The notes beneath the pieces were generated by a model that was not told the DNA's origin, searched no databases, and was given only the letters and a program-made list of their open reading frames with translations. This document shows, piece by piece, positions 1-7,356 of a stretch of 46,885 bases of DNA. Origin of the DNA: a virus; IMG/VR virus record IMGVR_UViG_3300028920_000011, positions 1-46,885 of that record. One strand, written 5' to 3'. The first letter of the stretch is position 1. Every line of letters begins with the position of its first letter. The translations under genes were made by a program, and so were the position numbers.

Positions 1-479
1 CCGCCGATGTCGGCGGGATTGACACGCGCGCCGTCGATTGTAGCCCAGCACAGCGTCGTTCCCCCGAGGTATGCCCCCCTGAGGTCTGCCACCGTGAGGT
101 TTGCCCCCGTGAGGTATGCCCCCGCGAGGTATGCCCCCCTAAGGTCTGCCCGCCCGAGGTTTGCCTGCGTGAGGTTTGCCCCCGCGAGGTTTGCCTGCGT
201 GAGGTTTGCCTGCGCGAGGTATGCCCCCGCGAGGTTTTCCCCCGCGAGGTCTGCCCCCTCGAGGTCTGCCCCCCCGAGGTTTGCCTGCGTGAGGTTTGCC
301 CCCGCGAGGTTTGCCCCCGCGAGGTTTGCCCGCCCGAGGTATGCCCCCGCGAGGTTTGCCCCCGCGAGGTTTGCCCGCCAGAGGTTTGCTTTGTGTGCCT
401 CGACGAACGCCACAAACGATTCAGCTTCGCCTTGGTGTAACGTGTTGCCGTCGCGGTCTAAAATCGTGTGAGTGCCCAT
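1..479 (-). CDS. Pentapeptide-repeat protein, copy A. This is the 5' part: the ORF runs off the window start and resumes at 46693..46885 if the contig is circular.
   Basis: ATG at 479-477 is preceded by an AAGGGAG RBS. Minus-strand translation is [38 protein letters not shown]..., followed by A(N/D)LxG pentapeptides. Joining through the 63-bp terminal overlap gives an in-frame 609-nt ORF (202 aa). Confidence 0.8.
   Translation of the reverse strand, partial: MGTHTILDRDGNTLHQGEAESFVAFVEAHKANLWRANLAGANLAGAYLGRANLAGANLAGANLTQANLGGADLEGADLAGENLAGAYLAQANLTQANLAGANLTQANLGRADLRGAYLAGAYLTGANLTVADLRGAYLGGTTLCWATIDGARVNPADIG
66..395. repeat. Tandem array of 22 x 15-nt units (plus-strand consensus gaggtttgcccccgc). 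These are the coding repeats of copy A.
   Basis: gaggt recurs every 15 nt from 66 to 395. The array has no stop codon in several frames on both strands, which explains the stacked ORFs in the track. Confidence 0.95.
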
Positions 480-515
480 TGCCGATCTCCCTTATCTCCG
501 GTATTAGTCAACCGT
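397..515. repeat. Dispersed direct repeat: N-terminal coding module plus leader of copy A, equal to 44448..44566 (copy D).
   Basis: Base-by-base comparison shows one mismatch (423 vs 44474) over 119 nt. The repeat covers the first ~27 codons, the RBS, the leader, and the stop codon of the upstream gene. Confidence 0.9.
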
Positions 516-923
516 CTCCCGCCGGCGCTGCTCGTCACGCCAACCCTCCTCGGTCAACGCACACAGGATATACCCTGGCCCGCCGATGTCGGCGGGATTG
601 ACACGCGCGCCGTCGATTGTAGCCCAGCACAGCGTCGTTCCCCCGAGGTATGCCCCCCTGAGGTCTGCCACCGTGAGGTTTGCCCCCGTGAGGTATGCCC
701 CCGTGAGGTCTGCCCCCGCGAGGTTTGCCCCCTCAAGGTCTGCCCCCTCGAGGTCTGCCCCCGCGAGGTTTGCCCCCTCAAGGTCTGCCCCCGCGAGGTT
801 TGCCCCCTCAAGGTTTGCCCGCCTGAGGTTTGCTTTGTGTGCCTCGACGAACGCCATAAACGATTCTGCGTCCCCTTGGTGTAGCGTGTTGCCTTCCCGA
901 TCAATAATCGTATAGGTCGCCAT
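504..923 (-). CDS. Pentapeptide-repeat protein, copy B.
   Basis: Track ORF 504..1001 is trimmed to ATG 923-921 ([33 protein letters not shown]...). That ATG overlaps the TGA of the upstream gene (ATGA). The body is ANLxGADLxG repeats. Confidence 0.85.
   Translation of the reverse strand: MATYTIIDREGNTLHQGDAESFMAFVEAHKANLRRANLEGANLAGADLEGANLAGADLEGADLEGANLAGADLTGAYLTGANLTVADLRGAYLGGTTLCWATIDGARVNPADIGGPGYILCALTEEGWRDEQRRRETVD
516..703. repeat. 188-nt direct repeat: C-terminal module of copy B, identical to 46759..46885 plus 64..124 (copy A).
   Basis: Position x in copy A equals x+579 in copy B. Identity holds from 516/46759 to 703/124, then breaks (c vs t). Confidence 0.9.
645..839. repeat. 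Tandem array of 13 x 15-nt units (coding repeats of copy B).
   Basis: gaggt/aaggt recurs with 15-nt periodicity from 645 to 839. Confidence 0.95.
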
Positions 924-1159
924 CACTCTGCCCTCCAGGCTTCCGCCAACAGTTTGTCCACTTCCAAGACAGCGGCTGTTACCGGGTCGAGGTTCTGCCA
1001 CTGTTGCAAGATGTCCAGCGCCGCGTCGCGTTGTTTGCGGGCAGCATCACGTTCTCTTAGGTACTGGTCAGCCAGATCGCCCATGGCGTCCAACGGGTCG
1101 CTGCACGATGGCACTATCCCCGCAAACCCAGTTCCGTCCTCTACTTCTTTATTGCACAT
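923..1159 (-). CDS. Hypothetical protein (78 aa).
   Basis: Track ORF. Its stop overlaps the start of copy B, and its start overlaps the end of the upstream gene. It lies in the leftward operon. Confidence 0.6.
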   Translation of the reverse strand: MCNKEVEDGTGFAGIVPSCSDPLDAMGDLADQYLRERDAARKQRDAALDILQQWQNLDPVTAAVLEVDKLLAEAWRAE

Positions 1160-1733
1160 CGCTCCGCCCTCCCGTCTTCAGCCGCTCAACCTCGGCGCGC
1201 GCCTCGTCTAGCTGTCGTACCAACGGATGGTCTTCCCATACCGCCGTTGGATCATCCGCAATGCTCGCTATCGAATTCGCGTGTTTCTTGCAGGAAGTTG
1301 CCCCGCACCCGTTACATTGATCTTCGGTTTCACATATGCAGAGGATGCACCCGCACGGCTGTATTCTCTTTAGGTGTGGCTCACGCCACTCCTTCAGCCG
1401 CTCGACCTCTTCGCGAAGGGCGTCGCGTTCGTCCTCCAATTCTCGAAACAGCTTGCGTTGTAACGCAAGCGCCTGCCTAGCGCTGTGGGCTCCAAGGATC
1501 TCTTCCCACCACGGCTTGTCACCTGGTGCGGCGTCTTGTTCCGCCTTCAGCCGCTCAACCTTGGCGCGGAGGGCGTCGTTGTCCGCCACCAGCGCGTCGA
1601 GCACGGCGGGGAGCGTGGCTACATGCGGGTGTAACTCCTTGCCGGTGGGGCGCTGGCTTTCAATAACACCCCATACTGTCGGCCACGTGTCCCGCACCCA
1701 CTCAAGCGCCTGCTCACCGGTCATCTCGCCCAT
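1149..1733 (-). CDS. Hypothetical coiled-coil protein with a central Cys cluster.
   Basis: Track ORF. It has three (K/E)VERLK heptad-like segments and CGCILCICETEDQCNGCGATSCKKH. It is tightly packed after the resolvase gene. Confidence 0.65.
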   Translation of the reverse strand: MGEMTGEQALEWVRDTWPTVWGVIESQRPTGKELHPHVATLPAVLDALVADNDALRAKVERLKAEQDAAPGDKPWWEEILGAHSARQALALQRKLFRELEDERDALREEVERLKEWREPHLKRIQPCGCILCICETEDQCNGCGATSCKKHANSIASIADDPTAVWEDHPLVRQLDEARAEVERLKTGGRSDVQ

Positions 1734-1734
1734 G

Positions 1735-2241
1735 TCACTGTCCTCCGTAGCGCCGTTTGCAGTAGGTCAGTATCGCCACCGCGTCGGCGTTGTTTAGCGT
1801 CAGTTTCAAATCTGGATACAGGTCCTGCATCTTGTCGCGTATCGCGTGTTTGCGCGACTTGATGCTAGCCGACGATTGTCCTCTTGGTAGTTTGCCGCAT
1901 ACCGATTTCTGCCACACGCGCGGCATTACCTCGTCGATTGCGACTCCCAACGACACGAGGAAACCAATCAGTTCGCCCTTGTGCTGGCGCAGTTTCAGTA
2001 GCGCGCCCACACGCTTAAGGTCCATCGCTGGATTTTGCGACGGGAAGAAGTTCCCAACCTTCTCGATGCAACACACCCAATGCAGCCCGGGGTATTCCCC
2101 GCGGATACTGTCTAGCAACTCGTATTGCTCGCGTTTGGTTGGCGGCATACTGAATACCGATGTGTCGTGTTCGCACGTGGCGCACGCAATCGCGCCCTGT
2201 TTGCCGGGGTCAATGCCTATCCACGCCCAATCCGCTACCAT
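1735..2241 (-). CDS. RuvC-like Holliday junction resolvase.
   Basis: N-terminal WIGIDPGKQGA (RuvC catalytic Asp motif), an internal CCIEKV acidic residue, and C-terminal NNADAVAI. Size is 168 aa. Confidence 0.7.
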   Translation of the reverse strand: MVADWAWIGIDPGKQGAIACATCEHDTSVFSMPPTKREQYELLDSIRGEYPGLHWVCCIEKVGNFFPSQNPAMDLKRVGALLKLRQHKGELIGFLVSLGVAIDEVMPRVWQKSVCGKLPRGQSSASIKSRKHAIRDKMQDLYPDLKLTLNNADAVAILTYCKRRYGGQ

Positions 2242-2546
2242 CGTTCTGTCCCGTCGTCATCCCAGCCCGTGGGCGCGCAGTAATCCAGTTTGTCGCTGAA
2301 CGTGTTTATCTTGCGCGCATGGTTGCGCCCATCATGGAGGCCAAGTTCATAGGCGCGTTGCCGAGTGGCCAGGACTTCTTGCGAAATGGATTGTTTTAGC
2401 TGATTGGCGACAACTCTTGCGACATCCCCGCCAAATGAATCAGAGAACAGCGTTACCCGGGCCATGCCGTCCATTGTCCTGCAAAGAATCTCCACACAGA
2501 AACGTCTTTTGTCTTCAGACACGCCAACCTTTACAATTGCGCTCAT
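2235..2546 (-). CDS. Hypothetical protein (103 aa).
   Basis: Track ORF on the same strand, with a 7-nt overlap onto the resolvase gene. Confidence 0.55.
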   Translation of the reverse strand: MSAIVKVGVSEDKRRFCVEILCRTMDGMARVTLFSDSFGGDVARVVANQLKQSISQEVLATRQRAYELGLHDGRNHARKINTFSDKLDYCAPTGWDDDGTERW

Positions 2547-2740
2547 CGTTCACCTCTTCGCCCATTGCACGATCGTCATGGTGCGCCACCTATGGTTGAC
2601 ATACACCCGCACGTATCGGGCTTTCTGTTTCACCGTAGTTGTTCTCAGCATCGCTCATCCCTCCATTCCGCGCGGCCCCACCCTGCTCCTTACCCGCGCA
2701 TGCCTCGGAGAACGCTCGCTGTGGGCGAGCAAAAATTACT

Positions 2741-2884
2741 TGGCGGCGGCGGGAATCGAACCCGCGTCAGTCCCCTTGGGGGACTCCAGCCCATGGCGCC
2801 AGCGAGATCACTGCTGACACACAAAGAGGGCCTACACGACTACGTGCGCATCGTGAGAGCGTGAACCAACCACGCCGCGCCGCC
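2741..2884 (-). ncRNA. tRNA-like RNA: acceptor stem, D-arm and T-arm, with a 72-nt insertion between the D-arm and an anticodon-like hairpin.
   Basis: Minus-strand reading, 5' part: GGCGGCG-CG-GCGT-GGTTGGTTC-ACGC. 3' part: AGTCC-CCCAAGG-GGACT-GAC-GCGGG-TTCGATT-CCCGC-CGCCGCC-A. There are seven Watson-Crick acceptor pairs, a canonical TTCGATT T-loop and a GG-containing D-loop. CCA is not encoded, and loop position 33 is C rather than U. Confidence 0.5.
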
Positions 2885-3038
2885 CAAAACACGTGCCCCG
2901 TGGCCGGGTTGGTTACCGGCAACCCATTTTCTCTGCCAGTCACTCATACCATGCGCGCTGGTGGCCGGGCGGGCTGATGGCGGCGCGAAGCCCGCGTGTT
3001 CGTCCACGCTGCACGGGGCACAAAACCTGATTCAACTG

Positions 3039-3362
3039 TTACTTCAGGTGCGCGCAACGCCTCGCCACGCGCACCCACTTCAGGCCGTCCCCGAAGTGCG
3101 CTACGTCGCTGTACACGTCTGCGTCCGGGTTGTTGCATTCATCAATCCGATCAAACAGGTGGCCTTTGATGTGCATGACGATTCCCCACACGCCCATACC
3201 TCCCTTGCCGTATTTGACGGTAAGCACCGTGCCATCGCTACATGCGACGAGTAGGCCCTCGGTTACGTGTTCGTCGTCGGTGCCGTAGCACCCGTACTCT
3301 TCTCCCACGTCGCCTTCAATCTCCAGCAGATCGTCGGACGCTCCATAGATCTTCGTCGCCAT
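3039..3362 (-). CDS. Hypothetical protein (107 aa).
   Basis: Track ORF with an AAGAGGAAA RBS upstream of ATG 3362. Confidence 0.6.
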   Translation of the reverse strand: MATKIYGASDDLLEIEGDVGEEYGCYGTDDEHVTEGLLVACSDGTVLTVKYGKGGMGVWGIVMHIKGHLFDRIDECNNPDADVYSDVAHFGDGLKWVRVARRCAHLK

Positions 3363-3430
3363 GATGTATTTCCTCTTTTCTTCTGCATCCTTGGTTTGTA
3401 TCGGGCGGAAATGGGCCGCGCGACCTCTTT

Positions 3431-4336
3431 TTACGTTTTTTCGAGCACCTCCGCTAGTTTTCGTAAATCATCAACACTCCATTGGTCAATGGTGCCTTCA
3501 CAAATCTTGCCGGCGATACCGTCGAACGTGTCGCCATCGATGCCCAGCTCCATCACCAGTTTGGTGATTTGCCGATTCAACTCCTTCACGTCCTCGGCTC
3601 TTTCGGGTGGCGCATCATCGCGCGGCGCCGGCGGTTCGTCTGCCGTCACGTCGTCCACGGTGGGCGGATGGAATTCCGCCGGGTCAATGTCGGCAATCGT
3701 GCGGGCGCTACGGAACGTCTCGTCAATCGATGTGCGGCCGTCCTTGATGGACTGCACGATGCCCACCAGGTGTTCGACGTGTTGTGGCGTGATGTCCTCA
3801 ATCGTGGCAATGCGCAGATAGCGGAACACCTCGTTATTGCTCACGCCGTGCTGTTCCCAATAGCCAAGACACTTTATGGCCCGCTCGCTGTCTTCTGGTG
3901 GCGATTGCCGTGTCAGGTGTGGTGCATCGAAGTCCTCTATGTCCTCACCGGTCGGCAGGCAAAACATTTTGAGCAACGCCATCTTGGTTGCGTAGCTCAT
4001 CGCCTTGCCAGGGCCCTTGTCCTGGCTGTCTACACCAAACCCAAGAGTATACACCGCCGCGGAATCCTCTGGACATTGCGCGTTAACCACCCGCACTTCC
4101 ACCAGCATCCACGTCCGGTTTCCGTCCTGCCCGTGTTCGTGGATGCTGGGCACAATGACTAGTCCATTCTCGACGATGGCGGCGCGGAGTGCGCCAACCA
4201 CCGCATCGTGTGACGCAAACCGATAACCCCCAATGGCCTGCGGCGCGGCCTTGTCTTTCAGCACGCCGGTCACGCTCGCCATAACAGCCAGCATTCGCTC
4301 GTACACATTGGGGTGTGTTACTGTTGTGTTATCCAT
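3431..4336 (-). CDS. erf: ERF-family single-strand annealing protein.
   Basis: IGGYRFASHDAVVGALRAAIVENGL and GPGKAMSYATKMALLKMFCLPTGEDIEDFD match ERF hallmark segments. The acidic C-terminal tail and the adjacent exonuclease partner also fit. Confidence 0.75.
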   Translation of the reverse strand: MDNTTVTHPNVYERMLAVMASVTGVLKDKAAPQAIGGYRFASHDAVVGALRAAIVENGLVIVPSIHEHGQDGNRTWMLVEVRVVNAQCPEDSAAVYTLGFGVDSQDKGPGKAMSYATKMALLKMFCLPTGEDIEDFDAPHLTRQSPPEDSERAIKCLGYWEQHGVSNNEVFRYLRIATIEDITPQHVEHLVGIVQSIKDGRTSIDETFRSARTIADIDPAEFHPPTVDDVTADEPPAPRDDAPPERAEDVKELNRQITKLVMELGIDGDTFDGIAGKICEGTIDQWSVDDLRKLAEVLEKT

Positions 4337-5204
4337 CTTCGCCTCCCTTCCGCGTTCTCACTCGTCGCCCGTACGGACAGAACGGCGCCGCGCTGCAATA
4401 CCGCAGGCACCGCGTGCACTCGCCAGGCCGTTCCTCGATGTCGCAAGGAAAGCCCTTGAGTGATGCGACGGCCTCAGCGGCGTCCCGCGAGCCACACAAG
4501 CCACCCGGCAAGGCCCGCTTGTTGCCTCGCTTCTTCACGGCCCAGACGGTGGGTTTCTCCCACCGTTCCGCGGGCGTGCACACTGGGATTCCGTCGACGG
4601 GCACGTTGTCAGCGGCCTGGTGTAGATGCACCCGCTCGCGGATGAAGTCACCAATCCGCTCCAATGTCCAGACCTCGACAGGCACGACGTGTACCTGGCA
4701 GTCCGGATAGCTCCGGTCCGTTTCCGCCTTGCGCATGATCCAGTCACGCAGGATAGCGACGATCTGCAGTGCTTTCGGCGTGAAGCCGTGCTGCATGTAG
4801 AGCCAGCGGTACATGTTGAGTTGCGCCGCCCACTCAGGCTTGACGCCGGACAGGAACGCCCACACCGACGTGACCTTGTAATCCGTGAGGGTGTCGTCGG
4901 GCTCGAGCAGGTCGGGCTTGCCACTGATCGTCCAGCCGAACACCTCGGCAACAAGCCGCTCCTCGGAGAGCCGGTCGGTGTGGTCTTGCCGCTCGATGAT
5001 GGCGTGCACACTCTGGCCGAGCAGCGACCACACGCGGTCGCTCGCGTCCTCGACGATGTCACCAGCGTGGCGCTTCTCGATCTGCACCATGAGCGGCGGC
5101 TTGATGAGTTGCGTCACGCTGATATCCCCCACGCGGCGGTAGGGGTCCCTGGTGAGAGCCTCATAGATGGGCTGGGGCAGTCCGTGTTTGTTGGTGTACG
5201 TCAT
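4329..5204 (-). CDS. PD-(D/E)XK (Cas4/RecB-like) recombination exonuclease.
   Basis: GKPDLL...TLTDYKVTS (D...D-x-K nuclease core) and a C-terminal Cys cluster [14 protein letters not shown]. There is an 8-nt overlap with erf. Confidence 0.7.
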   Translation of the reverse strand: MTYTNKHGLPQPIYEALTRDPYRRVGDISVTQLIKPPLMVQIEKRHAGDIVEDASDRVWSLLGQSVHAIIERQDHTDRLSEERLVAEVFGWTISGKPDLLEPDDTLTDYKVTSVWAFLSGVKPEWAAQLNMYRWLYMQHGFTPKALQIVAILRDWIMRKAETDRSYPDCQVHVVPVEVWTLERIGDFIRERVHLHQAADNVPVDGIPVCTPAERWEKPTVWAVKKRGNKRALPGGLCGSRDAAEAVASLKGFPCDIEERPGECTRCLRYCSAAPFCPYGRRVRTRKGGEDG

Positions 5205-5740
5205 TCCTTCCGCTCCGCGCGTTCGCGCAGCACGTCGGGCGCGCCGTCGCCGTCCTTCACAAACTTCGCCAACTCGTCGAGGATCTCCTCACGGATGGAG
5301 CTGAACGGCTCAGGTAACTCGCACGTCACGAAATTGAGGGCCTGCGAGTCGCCCCAACACCCGTCACGGCGTAGAAGAATCCAGCCGAGCGCCATTTCGC
5401 GCAACGTGTTACCGCGCGCCCAGTCGCGCAGCTTGGCAACGATCAGGTCGTGGGAGGTCCAGGACATGGTTATGCCGTACAGGTTCGCGCAGAACAGGTC
5501 CGCCCCGAACAGGTTCGCCCTGGACAGGTTCGCGCAGAACAGGTACGCCACGGACAGGTTCGCCCTGGACAGGTCCGCCCCGAACAGGTTCGCCCCGGAC
5601 AGGTTCGCCCCGGACAGGTTCGCCCCGGACAGGTCCGCATTGGACAGTCTCGCCTTTTCCATCTCCACTGCTTTCGCGAGCGATTCCGCCTCACGTCGAG
5701 CTATCACGTCGCCGCTTCGATTCCGTATCGTGTACAGCAT
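5201..5740 (-). CDS. Pentapeptide-repeat protein, copy C (divergent, with a distinct C-terminal domain).
   Basis: The track ORF begins [32 protein letters not shown], followed by [28 protein letters not shown]... A non-repeat C-terminal region of about 85 aa follows. Confidence 0.85.
   Translation of the reverse strand: MLYTIRNRSGDVIARREAESLAKAVEMEKARLSNADLSGANLSGANLSGANLFGADLSRANLSVAYLFCANLSRANLFGADLFCANLYGITMSWTSHDLIVAKLRDWARGNTLREMALGWILLRRDGCWGDSQALNFVTCELPEPFSSIREEILDELAKFVKDGDGAPDVLRERAERKE
5480..5659. repeat. Tandem array of about 12 x 15-nt units (consensus caggttcgccccgga).
   Basis: caggt recurs every 15 nt. The array is stop-free in several frames. Confidence 0.9.
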
Positions 5741-5751
5741 CGCGCTTCTCC

Positions 5752-5940
5752 CTACATTGTGCCAATGAACGCATCGGCAATCTCGTCATGGTGCGCGATG
5801 CGCCAATCCGTCAGCACGTCAATGATTAGCTGCGTCTTGGATACGCCCCTCGTCTTCGCCAGCACCGTCAAAATGCCCGATAGGTCGCTAGGCATTTGCA
5901 CTACCACCATCACGTGGCCGTCAATCTTTTTTCTTGGCAC
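5752..5940 (-). CDS. Small putative ribbon-helix-helix DNA-binding protein.
   Basis: 62 aa. A basic N-terminus (MPRKK) is followed by a beta-strand-like [11 protein letters not shown] and then helical segments. This assignment rests only on the pattern. Confidence 0.4.
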   Translation of the reverse strand: MPRKKIDGHVMVVVQMPSDLSGILTVLAKTRGVSKTQLIIDVLTDWRIAHHDEIADAFIGTM

Positions 5941-5964
5941 GTCGAAACTCCTTGTAGTCGTTCA

Positions 5965-6258
5965 TTACCCGACCTTTTCCTTGGGTTTGGTAATCGCCAT
6001 CATGCGACGGATCTTTTCGGGCGAGAACAAGTCCTCGGGGAATGCTGGCAATGCTACCGGCTCCCTTTGCGTCGAGCACTGGGGACAATAGTGGCTTTCA
6101 CTATACCAGTGCCCGTCCGTGGTCCAGCCCGCCGCTATCGCTTTGTCCCATGCCCGGAGATTTGCCCCCTCTTGGTCTGCTGGCATATGTGCGCACTCAA
6201 ACACTTCGTGGCAACCAGGGCCCTCGCACACAAAGCCCGTCTTATAATACGTGGTCAT
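5965..6258 (-). CDS. Hypothetical Cys/His-rich protein (97 aa).
   Basis: Track ORF with CEGPGCHEVFEC...CPQC, a putative Zn-binding pattern. Confidence 0.55.
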   Translation of the reverse strand: MTTYYKTGFVCEGPGCHEVFECAHMPADQEGANLRAWDKAIAAGWTTDGHWYSESHYCPQCSTQREPVALPAFPEDLFSPEKIRRMMAITKPKEKVG

Positions 6259-6427
6259 GTTTAGGGCCCTTCTCCTTGTCTTGCGGCCTCACGGCATTGT
6301 CCTTGCAAACTAAATTGCTGATGGCGCGATCAATGGCCTTTGCGCAATGGCTACACCAATGCACGCGCATTATGCCTGCCTCATACCACGGTCGGCATTT
6401 GCAAAATTCGCATGTAGTGATAATCAT
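6242..6427 (-). CDS. Small Zn-finger-like protein (61 aa).
   Basis: CEFCKC...CSHC pairs. An AGGGAG RBS precedes the ATG at 6427. Confidence 0.55.
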   Translation of the reverse strand: MIITTCEFCKCRPWYEAGIMRVHWCSHCAKAIDRAISNLVCKDNAVRPQDKEKGPKHDHVL

Positions 6428-6484
6428 TGTCCAATCTCCCTGTGTTGGCCTTTCGGCCTCCAGTGTCCCTTCAACTCTATACAG

Positions 6485-6513
6485 AGTGTAACACGTCCTA
6501 CCCCAAAAGTCAA
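6485..6513 (-). promoter_or_regulatory. Sigma70-like promoter TTGACT-17-TACACT (minus strand).
   Basis: Reverse complement of agtcaa (6508..6513) and agtgta (6485..6490) with a 17-nt spacer. It lies in a 131-nt gap upstream of the 6427 gene. The leader contains a GGCC-gaaa-GGCC hairpin. Confidence 0.55.
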
Positions 6514-6558
6514 GCGAAAAAGCAAACTATTTTACCTGAAATTTCGTGCAGGTGTCTG

Positions 6559-7356
6559 CTACTTGCGTTTCCTGCCGGTATAGCGCCGTTCGGCAGATGC
6601 TGCGTGTGCCGCAAACACAAGTGGGATTTTTGCCTTTGGACTCTTTCGGTAGTTGTAGATTGTCTCGATAAGCCCCAGGTATTCGTCAACGTTTCGTTGC
6701 GGTTCCAATAGTTGCGGATAACGTTTGACTTTGTTGCGAAACACTTCTTGGTCAAACCCGGGGGTTTTCAGCATCATCGAAATGGCCCTGATAAAATAGC
6801 TGTTTGTTGAGAACGTCGCCCCGTAGTCTCGGCAGAATGCGGTGAGTTCGGCGACCGCGTTTGCGTGACGCATATTGCCCACGCGTAGCGTGCCGTCTTT
6901 CAGTTTTTTGAGCGTCTTCCCGCTGTTGGTGATGTCGCCCGAGACCAGCGCTACCGCGCACCCCATTGGCATGCCTGTTTTTTGCCTGAACTCCAGCACG
7001 GCTTCTGCCGTTTCCTCGCCTGCGCGGGCTCGCGCCACAGTGTAGTCTGTCGTACCCCACGAATGGGCCGAAGCCTCACTCTGGAAAAGCGGGATATCTT
7101 GGGGCGCCTCAATAAACCAAACGCCAAGCCCCAGTCTCTCCGCCACATCGAACCGATGATGCCCGTGCGTGATTCGGAGTTTACCGCTACCGTTGCGCAC
7201 ACACCTAATAGGGAACCCCGGATCGTAGCCGAATTCTTTCATCGATTGTTCTAGTAGCTTTGTCCTGGTGACATCGCGGTTGTGCGGATGCAGTTCGAAC
7301 ATGTCGTAGTCTTTCGTGCATCGCAATGTTGGTTTGGTGCGTTTTGTCTTATTCAT
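6559..7356 (-). CDS. ParB/sulfiredoxin-like nuclease-domain protein.
   Basis: GKLRITHGHHRFDVAERLGL is a ParB N-terminal domain GxxR/HHR-type motif. Size is 265 aa. Confidence 0.65.
   Translation of the reverse strand: MNKTKRTKPTLRCTKDYDMFELHPHNRDVTRTKLLEQSMKEFGYDPGFPIRCVRNGSGKLRITHGHHRFDVAERLGLGVWFIEAPQDIPLFQSEASAHSWGTTDYTVARARAGEETAEAVLEFRQKTGMPMGCAVALVSGDITNSGKTLKKLKDGTLRVGNMRHANAVAELTAFCRDYGATFSTNSYFIRAISMMLKTPGFDQEVFRNKVKRYPQLLEPQRNVDEYLGLIETIYNYRKSPKAKIPLVFAAHAASAERRYTGRKRK

Noticed and set aside
66-395. Could the regular short repeats be a CRISPR array or replication iterons?
   Set aside because: The units are contiguous (15 nt with no spacers) and lie inside an intact coding frame, so this is not a CRISPR array. 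An iteron or origin role cannot be excluded, but nothing beyond the repetitiveness supports it.
7-915. Multiple long overlapping ORFs on both strands across the repeat arrays (7..471+, 296..601+, 468..884+, 554..904-, 586..915+). The same pattern occurs at 5450..6091+, 5470..5694-, 44116..44466-, 44132..44491+ and 44148..44522+.
   Set aside because: They exist only because the 15-nt periodic repeats lack stop codons in several frames on both strands. They translate to low-complexity Arg/Pro/Cys-rich strings. Only the minus-strand A(N/D)LxG frame has an RBS, a proper N-terminal domain, and coupling to its neighbours.
1-923. Diversity-generating retroelement (template and variable repeat) as an explanation for the repeated modules.
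   Set aside because: No reverse transcriptase ORF exists anywhere in the window. The repeated modules are identical rather than showing adenine-specific mismatches.
2715-2740. Hairpin GCTCGC-tgtgg-GCGAGC next to an A/T run, considered as a terminator for the tRNA-like RNA.
   Set aside because: On the minus strand the T-run precedes rather than follows the hairpin. On the plus strand the hairpin is followed by A residues. Neither orientation fits an intrinsic terminator.
2741-2785. attP core (3' half of a host tRNA gene) for site-specific integration.
   Set aside because: The 45-nt 3' half has the right size. However, no integrase or excisionase gene was recognisable in the genome, and a matching 5' acceptor strand plus D-arm lie 72 nt upstream. 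This favours a transcribed tRNA-like RNA. The attP idea remains testable against host tRNAs.
2741-3038. tmRNA (ssrA) interpretation of the tRNA-like element plus its structured flank.
   Set aside because: The acceptor stem has C3:G70 rather than the G3:U70 alanine identity pair. The element whose two ends pair is only 144 nt. I could find no tag-peptide reading frame ending in a typical ...AA stop.
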